A stretch of 64,000 nt of DNA, from positions 186,001 to 250,000 of the IMG/VR virus record IMGVR_UViG_3300031857_000005; one strand, 5' to 3'. Positions 18,901-28,320 of this stretch are shown here, in pieces (position 1 is the first letter of the stretch; every line of letters begins with the position of its first letter). The position numbers were made by a program, and so were the translations under genes. The notes beneath the pieces are model-generated. The model saw only the letters and a list, made by a program, of their open reading frames with translations, was not told the DNA's origin and made no database searches.

Positions 18901-19992
18901 TTATTTCTTCATTCTTAATTCGTATAACTCATTGACGAATTCCCAATTAACACAATTCCAAAAGTTTTTAATGTACTGATCCCTCTTGTTTCTGTATCTC
19001 AAATAATAAGCATGTTCCCAAACATCAAGTCCAAGAAGTGGATAACCACCACCCTCAACAACATTCATTAATGGATTGTCTTGATTTGGGGTTGACATAA
19101 TTTTTAATCTACCTGTTTTAGTTAATACTAACCAAGCCCACCCTGAACCAAATCTATCTAATGCGGTTTTATTAAATTCTTCTTTAAATTTGTTAAATGA
19201 ACCGTATTGTTTTTTTATTTTCTCAAAAACAATACCTTTAGGTGTTTGTTTTGTTGGGGATAACATTTTCCAAAATAATGCATGGTTGAAAGCTCCTCCA
19301 GCATTGTTTCTAACTTTAGTATCAAATTTACTAATGGATTTAACAATGTCCTCAAGTTCCATATCACCTTTTCTACTTGATAAAGCGTCGTTTAATTTTT
19401 TTACATATCCTTTGTAGTGTTTGTTATAATGAATATCCATTGTCTCAGGATCTACAAATTTTTTAATTGCTGAATATGAATAAGGTAATTTCTCAATACC
19501 TATTTTTTTCATTTCAGTTAAAAACTGTTTTTGGATGTTTTCTTTTTCTTTAAGGACTATCTGTTCTGATATGATATCTAATTTATTGGATATTGATTTA
19601 AACCCCTCAAATATTGTTTTTTCATAATTTGGATAGTCTTTCTCAAACATTTTAACAATTTGACCCGCAAACGCATTTGCTTCATCTTCATTTTTCCCAC
19701 CAATGTCCGGACCTTTATCTCTATCTAAAACTCCGTGTTGATATTCGTGAACCCATTCGTGAGCAAGAGTTCTCATAATATCTCTATTTAATCTATTTTT
19801 TGCGAGTATCTTTAATATATGTTTGTTAGTCCTACTACCAGTACTCATTTTACCATATCTTTCACCCGTAAAAACTATTTCTATATCATCAACCAACGGC
19901 AATTTTTTACTTAAGAATTTTATAAAATCCTCAAATAATTTGTAATCTTTTTTTGGGATATCCGATTTAAGATATTTTATTGAAACTTTCAT
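18901..19992 (-). CDS. sodA: zincin-like (HExxH) domain fused to Mn/Fe superoxide dismutase
   Basis: SOD: HYNKHYKGY, NNAGGAFNHALFW, FGSGWAWL, TPNQDNP, DVWEHAYY. N-terminal RTLAHEWVH...EDEANA. Likely start ATG at 19992. Confidence 0.9.
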   Translation of the reverse strand: MKVSIKYLKSDIPKKDYKLFEDFIKFLSKKLPLVDDIEIVFTGERYGKMSTGSRTNKHILKILAKNRLNRDIMRTLAHEWVHEYQHGVLDRDKGPDIGGKNEDEANAFAGQIVKMFEKDYPNYEKTIFEGFKSISNKLDIISEQIVLKEKENIQKQFLTEMKKIGIEKLPYSYSAIKKFVDPETMDIHYNKHYKGYVKKLNDALSSRKGDMELEDIVKSISKFDTKVRNNAGGAFNHALFWKMLSPTKQTPKGIVFEKIKKQYGSFNKFKEEFNKTALDRFGSGWAWLVLTKTGRLKIMSTPNQDNPLMNVVEGGGYPLLGLDVWEHAYYLRYRNKRDQYIKNFWNCVNWEFVNELYELRMKK

Positions 19993-20020
19993 TAACAATA
20001 AATATCTTCAAATGAAAGTT

Positions 20021-21784
20021 TTATCTTCTCTTGTTAATTGAATTGAGTATTTCCTCTACAACATCTCCACCATTTTCAAGTAAGTCATCACCCATCACGG
20101 TATTTATGATTTGTTTTTTTCTAGTAAGAATATCATATATTGCGCCCTCAATTGAGTTATCAAATAATGGGTAATAAACAAGAACATTATTTTTTTGTCC
20201 GTAACGATACGCTCTATCCTCAGCCTGTGCGTGTTCCGCAGGGACAAATGATAAGTCATTCATTATTACCACTTCTGCCGATGTTAATGTTAAACCAACA
20301 CCTGCCGCTTTAAGGTTACCTACAAATACTTTAATTTTTTCATTATCTTGAAACTGATCTACGGCATATTGTCTTTGAGGTTTAGTACAACTACCATCCA
20401 AGTAAACAGACTGTTTCCCAAAATGATTATGTATCATTTGTAATGTATCCGTAAAATTTGTGAATATGATAACCTTTTTACCTTGTTCAATTATGTTCTC
20501 AACAAATTCAATTGTGTGTTTGATTTTTTCGTTTGCAATAATTTTTCTAACTTTCATCAATTTACTAAACTGAATAGTCAAAGATGATGATTCGTCAGAT
20601 TTGTTTTCATACCAATCATAATATTCTCCCATCATTTCTTCGTAGTCTTTAGAAACTAATCTTAGATATATTGGTGAAATAATTTTATCTGGTAAATCAA
20701 GGACATCTTCTTTCAATCGTCTTAACATCTGTTTTGAAGTCCTGTCTCTTAATTCCTCAAGATTTGATGCTCCTTGTACATTCCATACTTTTCTTTTCCC
20801 TGCCATGAATTGATATCCCTGACAGTATCGGATAGCATAAGCCATCCAATTCTGTGCTACGGGACTTTCGATGATACTCAAAAGATTATAGTAATTCATG
20901 GGACGAGATGTCATTGGTGTTCCTGTCAACAACCACACTCGTTTAATATCTTTAACGAATGAATTAATAATTTTAGTTCGTTGAGCTTGTGGATTTGATA
21001 TCATATGTGCCTCATCCAAAATAACCAAGTCAAAATTTGAATTATGTATGATTGAATTGTCTTTATTTTTTGTATCGTAGAAATTTTTAAGAATGTCGTA
21101 ATTAACAATCGTAAAGTCTTCTTCTGTAGAGAATTTTTTACCTTCACTAATATAAACACTACGATCAGTATAATTTTCAATCTCTCGTTGCCAATTTATT
21201 TTTAATGATGCGGGACATACAATTAAAATTCTTTTTGCACCTGTTTCTAAAGCGGCAATTATTGTGGAAGTTGTTTTACCAAGTCCCATATCATCCGCAA
21301 GAATAAATCTTTTAGAACCAACTAATTTCTCAATCGCTTCTTTTTGGTGGGTAAGTGGTGGTCTATGTTCGTATTTAGAATAATCAATATCAACTTTCTC
21401 TATTGTGTGGGTTTTAATTAATGCGGATTTAGGAACCCAAAATTCAGTTAAATCATCCTTCTCAAAAAATTTACCCCAAATATGATATGACTTTTCTTTT
21501 TCCACTAAAAGTTTCTCAACATAAACAGTTTCAGGAACTTCTAATAGATATTTTTCTTCAGCAAATTTCTTTGCGAAGTATGAATCCAAGTCAACCCATT
21601 TACGAGCAACTTTTGGTTTTACATCATGATAAGTATTTATATAATCTGATTGTGATCTAGTAGGAAAGAATTTTTTACTCTTTTCTTTTTTAGTTTTTAA
21701 AGATAAAATATAGTTATTCGCACCTGAATATACCTCAAGTACTTCTAATGCTTTTTGCTCTATCGTTTTCGTTAGAATATCCAA
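20021..21784 (-). CDS. SNF2/SMARCAL1(HARP)-like helicase/annealing ATPase
   Basis: LADDMGLGKT, DEAH, LLTGTP, AAGVGLTL, QAEDRAYRYGQ. Confidence 0.9.
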   Translation of the reverse strand: MDILTKTIEQKALEVLEVYSGANNYILSLKTKKEKSKKFFPTRSQSDYINTYHDVKPKVARKWVDLDSYFAKKFAEEKYLLEVPETVYVEKLLVEKEKSYHIWGKFFEKDDLTEFWVPKSALIKTHTIEKVDIDYSKYEHRPPLTHQKEAIEKLVGSKRFILADDMGLGKTTSTIIAALETGAKRILIVCPASLKINWQREIENYTDRSVYISEGKKFSTEEDFTIVNYDILKNFYDTKNKDNSIIHNSNFDLVILDEAHMISNPQAQRTKIINSFVKDIKRVWLLTGTPMTSRPMNYYNLLSIIESPVAQNWMAYAIRYCQGYQFMAGKRKVWNVQGASNLEELRDRTSKQMLRRLKEDVLDLPDKIISPIYLRLVSKDYEEMMGEYYDWYENKSDESSSLTIQFSKLMKVRKIIANEKIKHTIEFVENIIEQGKKVIIFTNFTDTLQMIHNHFGKQSVYLDGSCTKPQRQYAVDQFQDNEKIKVFVGNLKAAGVGLTLTSAEVVIMNDLSFVPAEHAQAEDRAYRYGQKNNVLVYYPLFDNSIEGAIYDILTRKKQIINTVMGDDLLENGGDVVEEILNSINKRR

Positions 21785-21802
21785 ACTAATTAGTTTTTTA
21801 TA

Positions 21803-21831
21803 ATAATAATCAATATTTAGATATTTATCAA
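21803..21831 (-). promoter_or_regulatory. sigma70-like promoter for the SNF2 helicase (TTGATA-17-TATTAT)
   Basis: Reverse-strand match with 17-nt spacer; its -35 overlaps the divergent TATTTAT motif at 21822-21828. Confidence 0.45.
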
Positions 21832-21844
21832 TAAAACTGTTTTT

Positions 21845-22357
21845 ATGTCAAATAAAGTACCTATTACAAGACTGGGTAAGTTTTTCGGAGAAAATGATTT
21901 TAACCTTGATATCTCAATGGGAGAAGAATGGTTAGTCGGGGATATGAACTTTACTTGTGTTCTTTATCGTATTGATAGATATAAAACAAAAACTGATGAT
22001 GTTTATGGTGAGACTGTTGAGGACGGAATTAAATTCTTACCTCCTGTTGAGTTCAATGCGTTTGTACAAGTATCGGCACCTGAAAATAAAATGATGGGAA
22101 CTACAAGAATTGATCAGATGGAACCTGGTAATATTAGAGTGTCTGTTTATCAAAAAACATTAGATGATTTGGAAATTGATATAAATTTTGGTGATTATAT
22201 AGGTTACTATGAAAGTGAAACTTTGGTTAGATATTATACGGTTAATAACGATGGTCGTGTAGTTTCTGATAATAAACATACATACGGTGGGTATAAACCT
22301 TTTTATCGTACAATATCGGCATCTCCTGTTGGACCTAATGAATTTAGAGGATTATGA
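21845..22357 (+). CDS. neck/head-closure protein (T4 gp14-like)
   Basis: D.YGE....KF..PVE motif; position among head-tail joining genes. Confidence 0.6.
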   Translation: MSNKVPITRLGKFFGENDFNLDISMGEEWLVGDMNFTCVLYRIDRYKTKTDDVYGETVEDGIKFLPPVEFNAFVQVSAPENKMMGTTRIDQMEPGNIRVSVYQKTLDDLEIDINFGDYIGYYESETLVRYYTVNNDGRVVSDNKHTYGGYKPFYRTISASPVGPNEFRGL

Positions 22358-23358
22358 GAAAAATGAAAATAATGTTGTCTGAGTCACAATATTTTAAAGT
22401 GATGAGGTTAGTGAATGAAGAAGAAGAAATTGATATCATTGATGAACCAACAAAATATACTTATTTGAGTGTGAATCCTTGGCAGAAAGGAACTACCAAA
22501 AAATATTTTTTTAATAAGGTAAGATCAGTACCTGATAAATCACCAATACCAGGAAAAATTAAATTGGTTGGTAACCGTGGGGAGTTTATTTTCAATAAAA
22601 GTGATTTAAGATTTAATGTTGAAAAAGAAACCATAAGTGTTGATCAATGGTTATTAGATAAAGATTTTAATTTGGGGGAAGGCGCTAATGAACCTCAAAA
22701 TATGGGAATTACTCCGAATAATATTAGAAAGGCATTGAGTTTGGCGTTTCCTAATAATTGGATGTCTGAGGATGATATATATAGTGCGGGTTTAAGAGGT
22801 GTTTACACTATTGGTGATAAAATTAATGATCAAACAGAAGATTGGTCTATTATGAATTATTTTGATACCAAGCCCGAAATTCATGATTTGATATTTTTAA
22901 GATATAAAGAACAAGACAGTAATGAAGATATTATTGATTGGATGATAAATTTATTTAAAAATGATGATGCATTCACACAACTTTTAGTTGATAGACAATG
23001 GCAGTCAATTGAAAATGGGTTAAAATTAGAGAGGGATTCCGTTAAATACCTTTTAACCAAACTTAAAAGTGCTTCTATTACTTTTTATCCTCACGGTTCT
23101 AAAATGGATAGATGGTACGGTATTGATGTAACAATTAACGGGATTAATTGTCAAGTTAAACCATTAACATCATATTTTGAAAAAGATGGAGTTTATACCG
23201 TTTATACTTACGGTATGAGAGATTATTCATCTAAAAAAATGGTAAATAAAATAATTTTTGCAAATAATAAAGAAATACTAATATTTGATAATAAAAATTA
23301 TTCTGTTAACTCAAGATCAAAAGCAACTTTTAATGAACAACCAAAAATAGTAAAATAA
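22354..23358 (+). CDS. hypothetical protein with possible PD-(D/E)xK-like nuclease domain
   Basis: MDRWYGIDV...CQVKP; N-terminal MLSESQY...LVNEEE. Confidence 0.45.
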   Translation: MRKMKIMLSESQYFKVMRLVNEEEEIDIIDEPTKYTYLSVNPWQKGTTKKYFFNKVRSVPDKSPIPGKIKLVGNRGEFIFNKSDLRFNVEKETISVDQWLLDKDFNLGEGANEPQNMGITPNNIRKALSLAFPNNWMSEDDIYSAGLRGVYTIGDKINDQTEDWSIMNYFDTKPEIHDLIFLRYKEQDSNEDIIDWMINLFKNDDAFTQLLVDRQWQSIENGLKLERDSVKYLLTKLKSASITFYPHGSKMDRWYGIDVTINGINCQVKPLTSYFEKDGVYTVYTYGMRDYSSKKMVNKIIFANNKEILIFDNKNYSVNSRSKATFNEQPKIVK

Positions 23359-23359
23359 A

Positions 23360-24397
23360 ATGCCGATACCTAAAAAAATAAAAAAAACATTACCACTTAC
23401 TCAATCTAAAACTTTATATCCAAGAAGAGAGGAACTTAAAGAAATGATTGAAAGGGATGGTACTTACCTACCAAAGTCGTTACTCCATGCGGATTTGGAT
23501 AGAGGTTTTTTAGATTTTGTACGAGATGAATTAAAATGTGTCGTTGAGGGTAAAACGGTACCAATGGTTGATATACTAATCTCAACTCAAAATTGGAGTC
23601 AGTTTGTTGAAACATGGGATTTCCAAAACATTGATAAAAATGCGGAACCCCCATTTATTACAGTAATTAGAACACCTGAAGTTAAATACGGATCAAATCC
23701 TGCATTAAGATGGAACATTCCAAATAGAAGACAATATTATTATGCTCAAGTACCAACATGGGATGGACAACGACACGGAATGGACATTTATAAAATTCCA
23801 CAACCAGTACCTGTTGATATAAAATATACGGTTGCGATCATTTGTAACAGAATGAGAGAACTAAATAAGTTTAATCAGATTATACTTGAGAAGTTTTCAT
23901 CAAGACAAGCGTATCAAAATATTAAAGGACATTATATTCCAATTGTTAATGATGATATTACTGATGAATCAGTTTTAGATCTTGAGAAAAGAAAAGTTTA
24001 TATTCAGAAGTATTCATTCACTATGTTAGGATTTCTTATTGATGAAGAGGAATTTGAAGTACAACCTGCGGTTACAAGGATATTCCAAATGTTTGAAGTG
24101 GACACTCAAACAAGAAAACGAAAACCAAGAAGAGAAGAACCGGCACCACCTTCATTATATACAACAACATATCCTGACGGAGTCACTGAAACGATACAAA
24201 CTTTTGAGTACACTGCAAACCTATATTTAACCGATACTTATAATGTTGATAATTTTAGTGTGTATATAAATGGTGATTATTATGGTGATACTTTGGAGGA
24301 ATTTCAAATAAATACTAATGACATTTTAACCTTATTAGTGAATAAAATTAATCCATTGGAAGAGAGTAGAATATCATATACTCAAACATTATTATAA
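23360..24397 (+). CDS. tail terminator/sheath stabiliser (T4 gp15-like)
   Basis: PVPVDIKYTV..C..M.E.N.I.E.I motif; lies just before the sheath gene. Confidence 0.6.
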   Translation: MPIPKKIKKTLPLTQSKTLYPRREELKEMIERDGTYLPKSLLHADLDRGFLDFVRDELKCVVEGKTVPMVDILISTQNWSQFVETWDFQNIDKNAEPPFITVIRTPEVKYGSNPALRWNIPNRRQYYYAQVPTWDGQRHGMDIYKIPQPVPVDIKYTVAIICNRMRELNKFNQIILEKFSSRQAYQNIKGHYIPIVNDDITDESVLDLEKRKVYIQKYSFTMLGFLIDEEEFEVQPAVTRIFQMFEVDTQTRKRKPRREEPAPPSLYTTTYPDGVTETIQTFEYTANLYLTDTYNVDNFSVYINGDYYGDTLEEFQINTNDILTLLVNKINPLEESRISYTQTLL

Positions 24398-24559
24398 CTA
24401 CTCCCCGTATATATCCTTTTTTTCTTTACACTTTTCTGTAATTAGATTTTCTAAAAATCTATACATTTTAATTCCGCGCTTATCACAATACTTTTTTAGT
24501 ATATCGTGAACCTCAACAGAAATCTTAAGATTCTTTATTTTTTTAGGTGTTTCTTTCAT
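24398..24559 (-). CDS. ribbon-helix-helix (CopG/Arc-like) DNA-binding protein
   Basis: KNLKISVEVHDILKKYCDKRGIKMYRFLENLI shows strand-helix-G-helix pattern; likely start ATG at 24559. Confidence 0.7.
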   Translation of the reverse strand: MKETPKKIKNLKISVEVHDILKKYCDKRGIKMYRFLENLITEKCKEKKDIYGE

Positions 24560-24594
24560 AGGTAGAATAAAGGCAGAATAAAATCTCACCAAAG

Positions 24595-24646
24595 TATAAA
24601 TACTTTATCAGAAGTAAAGTTTTTGCCTAATTCACCAATATTTATA
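24595..24646. promoter_or_regulatory. divergent pair of TATTTATA late-type promoter motifs with an overlapping inverted repeat
   Basis: Minus-strand motif 24595-24602 toward RHH; plus-strand motif 24639-24646 toward sheath; AAAGTA-TAAA-TACTTT at 24591-24606. Confidence 0.55.
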
Positions 24647-24681
24647 TATAAAAAATAAATCTATAAACAAAAAAAAACAAA

Positions 24682-27600
24682 ATGGCAACTAACAGTAAAG
24701 TATTTGTATCACCAGGTGTCTATACTTCAGAAGTTGATTTGAGTTTCGTTGCTCAAAGTGTGGGTGTTACCACATTGGGTATTGCGGGAGAGACTTTAAA
24801 AGGACCTGCATTCGAACCGATATTCATTAGAAACTTCGATGAATTCACGACATACTTCGGTGGTACTTCTCCTGAAAAATTTGTAAATACTCAAATTCCT
24901 AAATATGAAGCAGCATACATCGCAAAGGCGTATTTACAACAATCAAATCAATTATTTGTAACAAGAATCCTTGGATTATCGGGTTATGATGCGGGACCAT
25001 CTTGGTCAGTAGTTACAGTTGCAAATGTTGATCCAACGACTGTTGGGTTTGATTGTGCAAGTGGTGTAACCGTTGATTGTGTTTTTGAATGTACTTCAGC
25101 TAATACTATTGATTTTACGGTACCTTTTAGTGGATGTAACAGTACTGACGGGACAGTTAACTTTTTAAGTGATTTTCCTACAGTAATACAAAGTATGTTA
25201 ACAGAATCATACCAACAATTTGACGGAGGAACCTCATCAATAGATGCTGATATTACAAGTACAATTTTTAGTATTATCTCTTTAGATGATCCAACTACAG
25301 GACAGACAGTAATTGATTATTTTGGTTCTATTGATCCTGATGATTATTCAGGATTTACTAATCCTACTTTTTCTGCGGGAACTCAAAACAATAGATTTGA
25401 TGTACCTTCAGTTGATTTAGCTCAAACTGATTTAACATCACCATTAAATGATTCTTGGTATTACGCTTTATTTGATAATACAGGTAATGGTAATTACACA
25501 GGATTCTCATTTTACTCATATGTAACAGGAGTTACTGCAACTACAACAACAAGTAATTGTGCATCATTCTACGACTATTCAATTAGTGGAACATCCGCAA
25601 GTATAAACTATAATACTAATGTTATTAGTGTTTGTTTACCATCAGGGTTTACAGGTAATTTATCGGCATTAACTCCGACATTCAGTGCGTGTACAACAGG
25701 GGTTAGTGTTAATAGTGTTACACAGGTAAGTAATTCCACAGTGGTAAACTTCTCAGCAGGTACTGTGGAATATGTGTTAACATCGGGAGATGGATCAGTT
25801 ACAACAACTTGGACTGTAAATGTTTATGAATACGATCCTTGTTTAACTTGTCCTGGTTCTAACGGTGGATCACAAAATGTTGGTGAATTTACAACTTGTT
25901 ATTCAGGTAATGTCGTTGGTAAAATTTATCTTTACACAGGTAATTCATTCACTGATTACGATGATTTAGTCGTAACAACATTAAGATCAAGAGGTGTATC
26001 TAATTATACTGATGGAAATAACCCAACTTGGGAAGTGACAGGAATTACTGACGTAACTCTTGATATGACAGGACCTTATTCAGGGGTTTCTAAAAATCCT
26101 TATTTACCATTTGTGGTTAATGTTACCAACTACCAAGGAGATTCATTCTCGTTTGAAACATCAATGAGTATATCAGACGCTAAATATGTAACTAAAGTAT
26201 TTGGTACTAGTAATTTTGGTAAACCTAGAACAACAGTTCCATTAATGGTTGAGGAAAGATTCCAATCATTATTAAATTACGCATATAGAAAAGGTTATAT
26301 TAGAGGATTAAATTCTGAGTTAATTTCACTTGATTCCGCTCAAAGTCAAAGTTCTACATCTATTGGGTGGTACTTAGATAGATATCAATCACCAAGTTCC
26401 CCTTGGGTTGTATCCGAAGTAAGAGGTAGTAAAGTTTATAACTTATTCAAATTCTATACAATTGCTGACGGTAATGATGCAAACACAAGTGTAAAACTTT
26501 CAATTACAGATATTTCATTCGCTAATCAAACATTTACAGTGTTAGTTAGAGATTATTTTGATACAGATTCTGCACCTACAGTTCTTGAGAAATTCACTAA
26601 CTGTTCAATGGATCCAAGTCAAAATAGTTTTATTGCTAAAAAAATTGGTACATTAGATGGTGAATACGAATTGAACTCTAAATATGTTATGGTTGAAATG
26701 AATGAGGATGCTCCTATTGATTCACTACCTTGTGGATTTGAAGGGTTTAACTTCAGAGAGTACTCAGGTGCTAGATCTCCATTCCCAATCTTTAAAACAA
26801 AATACGATTTCCCTGGTGAAGTAATTTATAACCCACCATTTGGTTTACCAACAGGAGGAGATAACGCAACTACAACAGGTGGTGATAATGTTAGAAGAAC
26901 ATATTTGGGTATGTCTAATTTCTGGGGTTACGATCCTGACTTCTTTGAGTATGTTGGTAAAAGAAATCCAATTTCTACTTGCGACATTGAGGGAGGACAG
27001 TGGTCTTACAGAACAAGAGGATTCCACATGGATAAAAACGCAAGTGGTATTACTATCGGAAGTGCGTTCTCAACAAGTGGAACACCAAGATTCTATGTAG
27101 GTGATGCACCGTTTGCTTCAGAACCTATAAATGAAACAAGTCCTTACTACAGATTGTTCTCAAGAAAATTCACTTTGTTTGTACAAGGAGGGTTTGATGG
27201 ATGGGACATATATAGAGAAAGAAGAACAAATAGTGATAGATATGTTTTAGGTAGAATCGGATTCTTAAATGGTTCTTGTCCTACAGATAGATATCCTGAT
27301 GCTAAAGGATGGGGAGCGTTTAAACAAATTTCTATCGGTGACGGTACAAGAACTTGGGCAAATACTGACTACTACGCATATTTGTTGGGTATTAGAACAT
27401 TCTCTAACCCTGAAGCGGTAAACATTAATGTATTCGTAACTCCTGGTATTGATTATGTAAATAATTCAGACTTGGTTGGTGATGCGGTTGAGATGATTGA
27501 GTTTGAGAGAGCTGATTCATTGTATATTACAACAACACCTGACTACGATTTATTATTACCGACAACGACAGGAACTGATGGTTTAATCTATCCTACTGAA

Positions 27601-28254
27601 GCGGTTGATAATTTGGAGACTGCGGGAATTGACTCTAACTATACTTGTACTTACTATCCTTGGGTATTAACTCGTGATACTGTTAATAACACACAAATCT
27701 ATATCCCAGCAACAGCTGAGGTAACTAGAAACTTGGCGTTGACAGATAATATCGCATTCCCTTGGTTCGCCGCGGCGGGTTACACTCGTGGTATTGTTAA
27801 CTCAATCAAAGCTCGTAAGAAGTTGACTCAAGAAGATAGAGACACATTATATGTAGGTAGAATCAACCCAATCGCAACCTTCTCTGATGTTGGTACAGTA
27901 ATTTGGGGTAACAAAACTCTACAAGTTAGAGAGTCAGCACTTGACAGAATCAATGTTAGACGATTGTTACTACAAGCTCGTAAATTGATTTCAGCGGTTT
28001 CTGTGAGATTGTTGTTCGATCAAAACGATGAACAAGTTAGACAAGACTTCTTAAATGCGGTTAACCCTATCTTGGATTCAATCAGAAGAGACAGAGGTTT
28101 ATATGATTTCCGTGTGACAGTTTCAAGTGATACTGCAGACTTAGATAGAAATCAGTTAACAGGTAAGATTTATGTGAAACCTACTCGTTCACTTGAATTT
28201 ATTGATATCACATTCTACATTACCCCAACAGGAGCGTCGTTTGAGAATATCTAA
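24682..28254 (+). CDS. tail sheath protein (T4 gp18-like) with a large insertion
   Basis: FVSPGVYTSEVD; PWFAAAGYTRG; RINPIATF; WGNKTL; RINVRRLL; PTRSLEFIDITF. Confidence 0.95.
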   Translation: MATNSKVFVSPGVYTSEVDLSFVAQSVGVTTLGIAGETLKGPAFEPIFIRNFDEFTTYFGGTSPEKFVNTQIPKYEAAYIAKAYLQQSNQLFVTRILGLSGYDAGPSWSVVTVANVDPTTVGFDCASGVTVDCVFECTSANTIDFTVPFSGCNSTDGTVNFLSDFPTVIQSMLTESYQQFDGGTSSIDADITSTIFSIISLDDPTTGQTVIDYFGSIDPDDYSGFTNPTFSAGTQNNRFDVPSVDLAQTDLTSPLNDSWYYALFDNTGNGNYTGFSFYSYVTGVTATTTTSNCASFYDYSISGTSASINYNTNVISVCLPSGFTGNLSALTPTFSACTTGVSVNSVTQVSNSTVVNFSAGTVEYVLTSGDGSVTTTWTVNVYEYDPCLTCPGSNGGSQNVGEFTTCYSGNVVGKIYLYTGNSFTDYDDLVVTTLRSRGVSNYTDGNNPTWEVTGITDVTLDMTGPYSGVSKNPYLPFVVNVTNYQGDSFSFETSMSISDAKYVTKVFGTSNFGKPRTTVPLMVEERFQSLLNYAYRKGYIRGLNSELISLDSAQSQSSTSIGWYLDRYQSPSSPWVVSEVRGSKVYNLFKFYTIADGNDANTSVKLSITDISFANQTFTVLVRDYFDTDSAPTVLEKFTNCSMDPSQNSFIAKKIGTLDGEYELNSKYVMVEMNEDAPIDSLPCGFEGFNFREYSGARSPFPIFKTKYDFPGEVIYNPPFGLPTGGDNATTTGGDNVRRTYLGMSNFWGYDPDFFEYVGKRNPISTCDIEGGQWSYRTRGFHMDKNASGITIGSAFSTSGTPRFYVGDAPFASEPINETSPYYRLFSRKFTLFVQGGFDGWDIYRERRTNSDRYVLGRIGFLNGSCPTDRYPDAKGWGAFKQISIGDGTRTWANTDYYAYLLGIRTFSNPEAVNINVFVTPGIDYVNNSDLVGDAVEMIEFERADSLYITTTPDYDLLLPTTTGTDGLIYPTEAVDNLETAGIDSNYTCTYYPWVLTRDTVNNTQIYIPATAEVTRNLALTDNIAFPWFAAAGYTRGIVNSIKARKKLTQEDRDTLYVGRINPIATFSDVGTVIWGNKTLQVRESALDRINVRRLLLQARKLISAVSVRLLFDQNDEQVRQDFLNAVNPILDSIRRDRGLYDFRVTVSSDTADLDRNQLTGKIYVKPTRSLEFIDITFYITPTGASFENI

Positions 28255-28271
28255 TAAAAGAATAATAAAAG

Positions 28272-28299
28272 AAAAGGGAGATAAATTCTCCCTTTTTTT
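28272..28299 (+). terminator. intrinsic terminator after the sheath gene
   Basis: AAAAGGGAGA-TAAAT-TCTCCCTTTT followed by T tract. Confidence 0.85.
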
Positions 28300-28320
28300 A
28301 TTTATTGAATATTTATTAAT

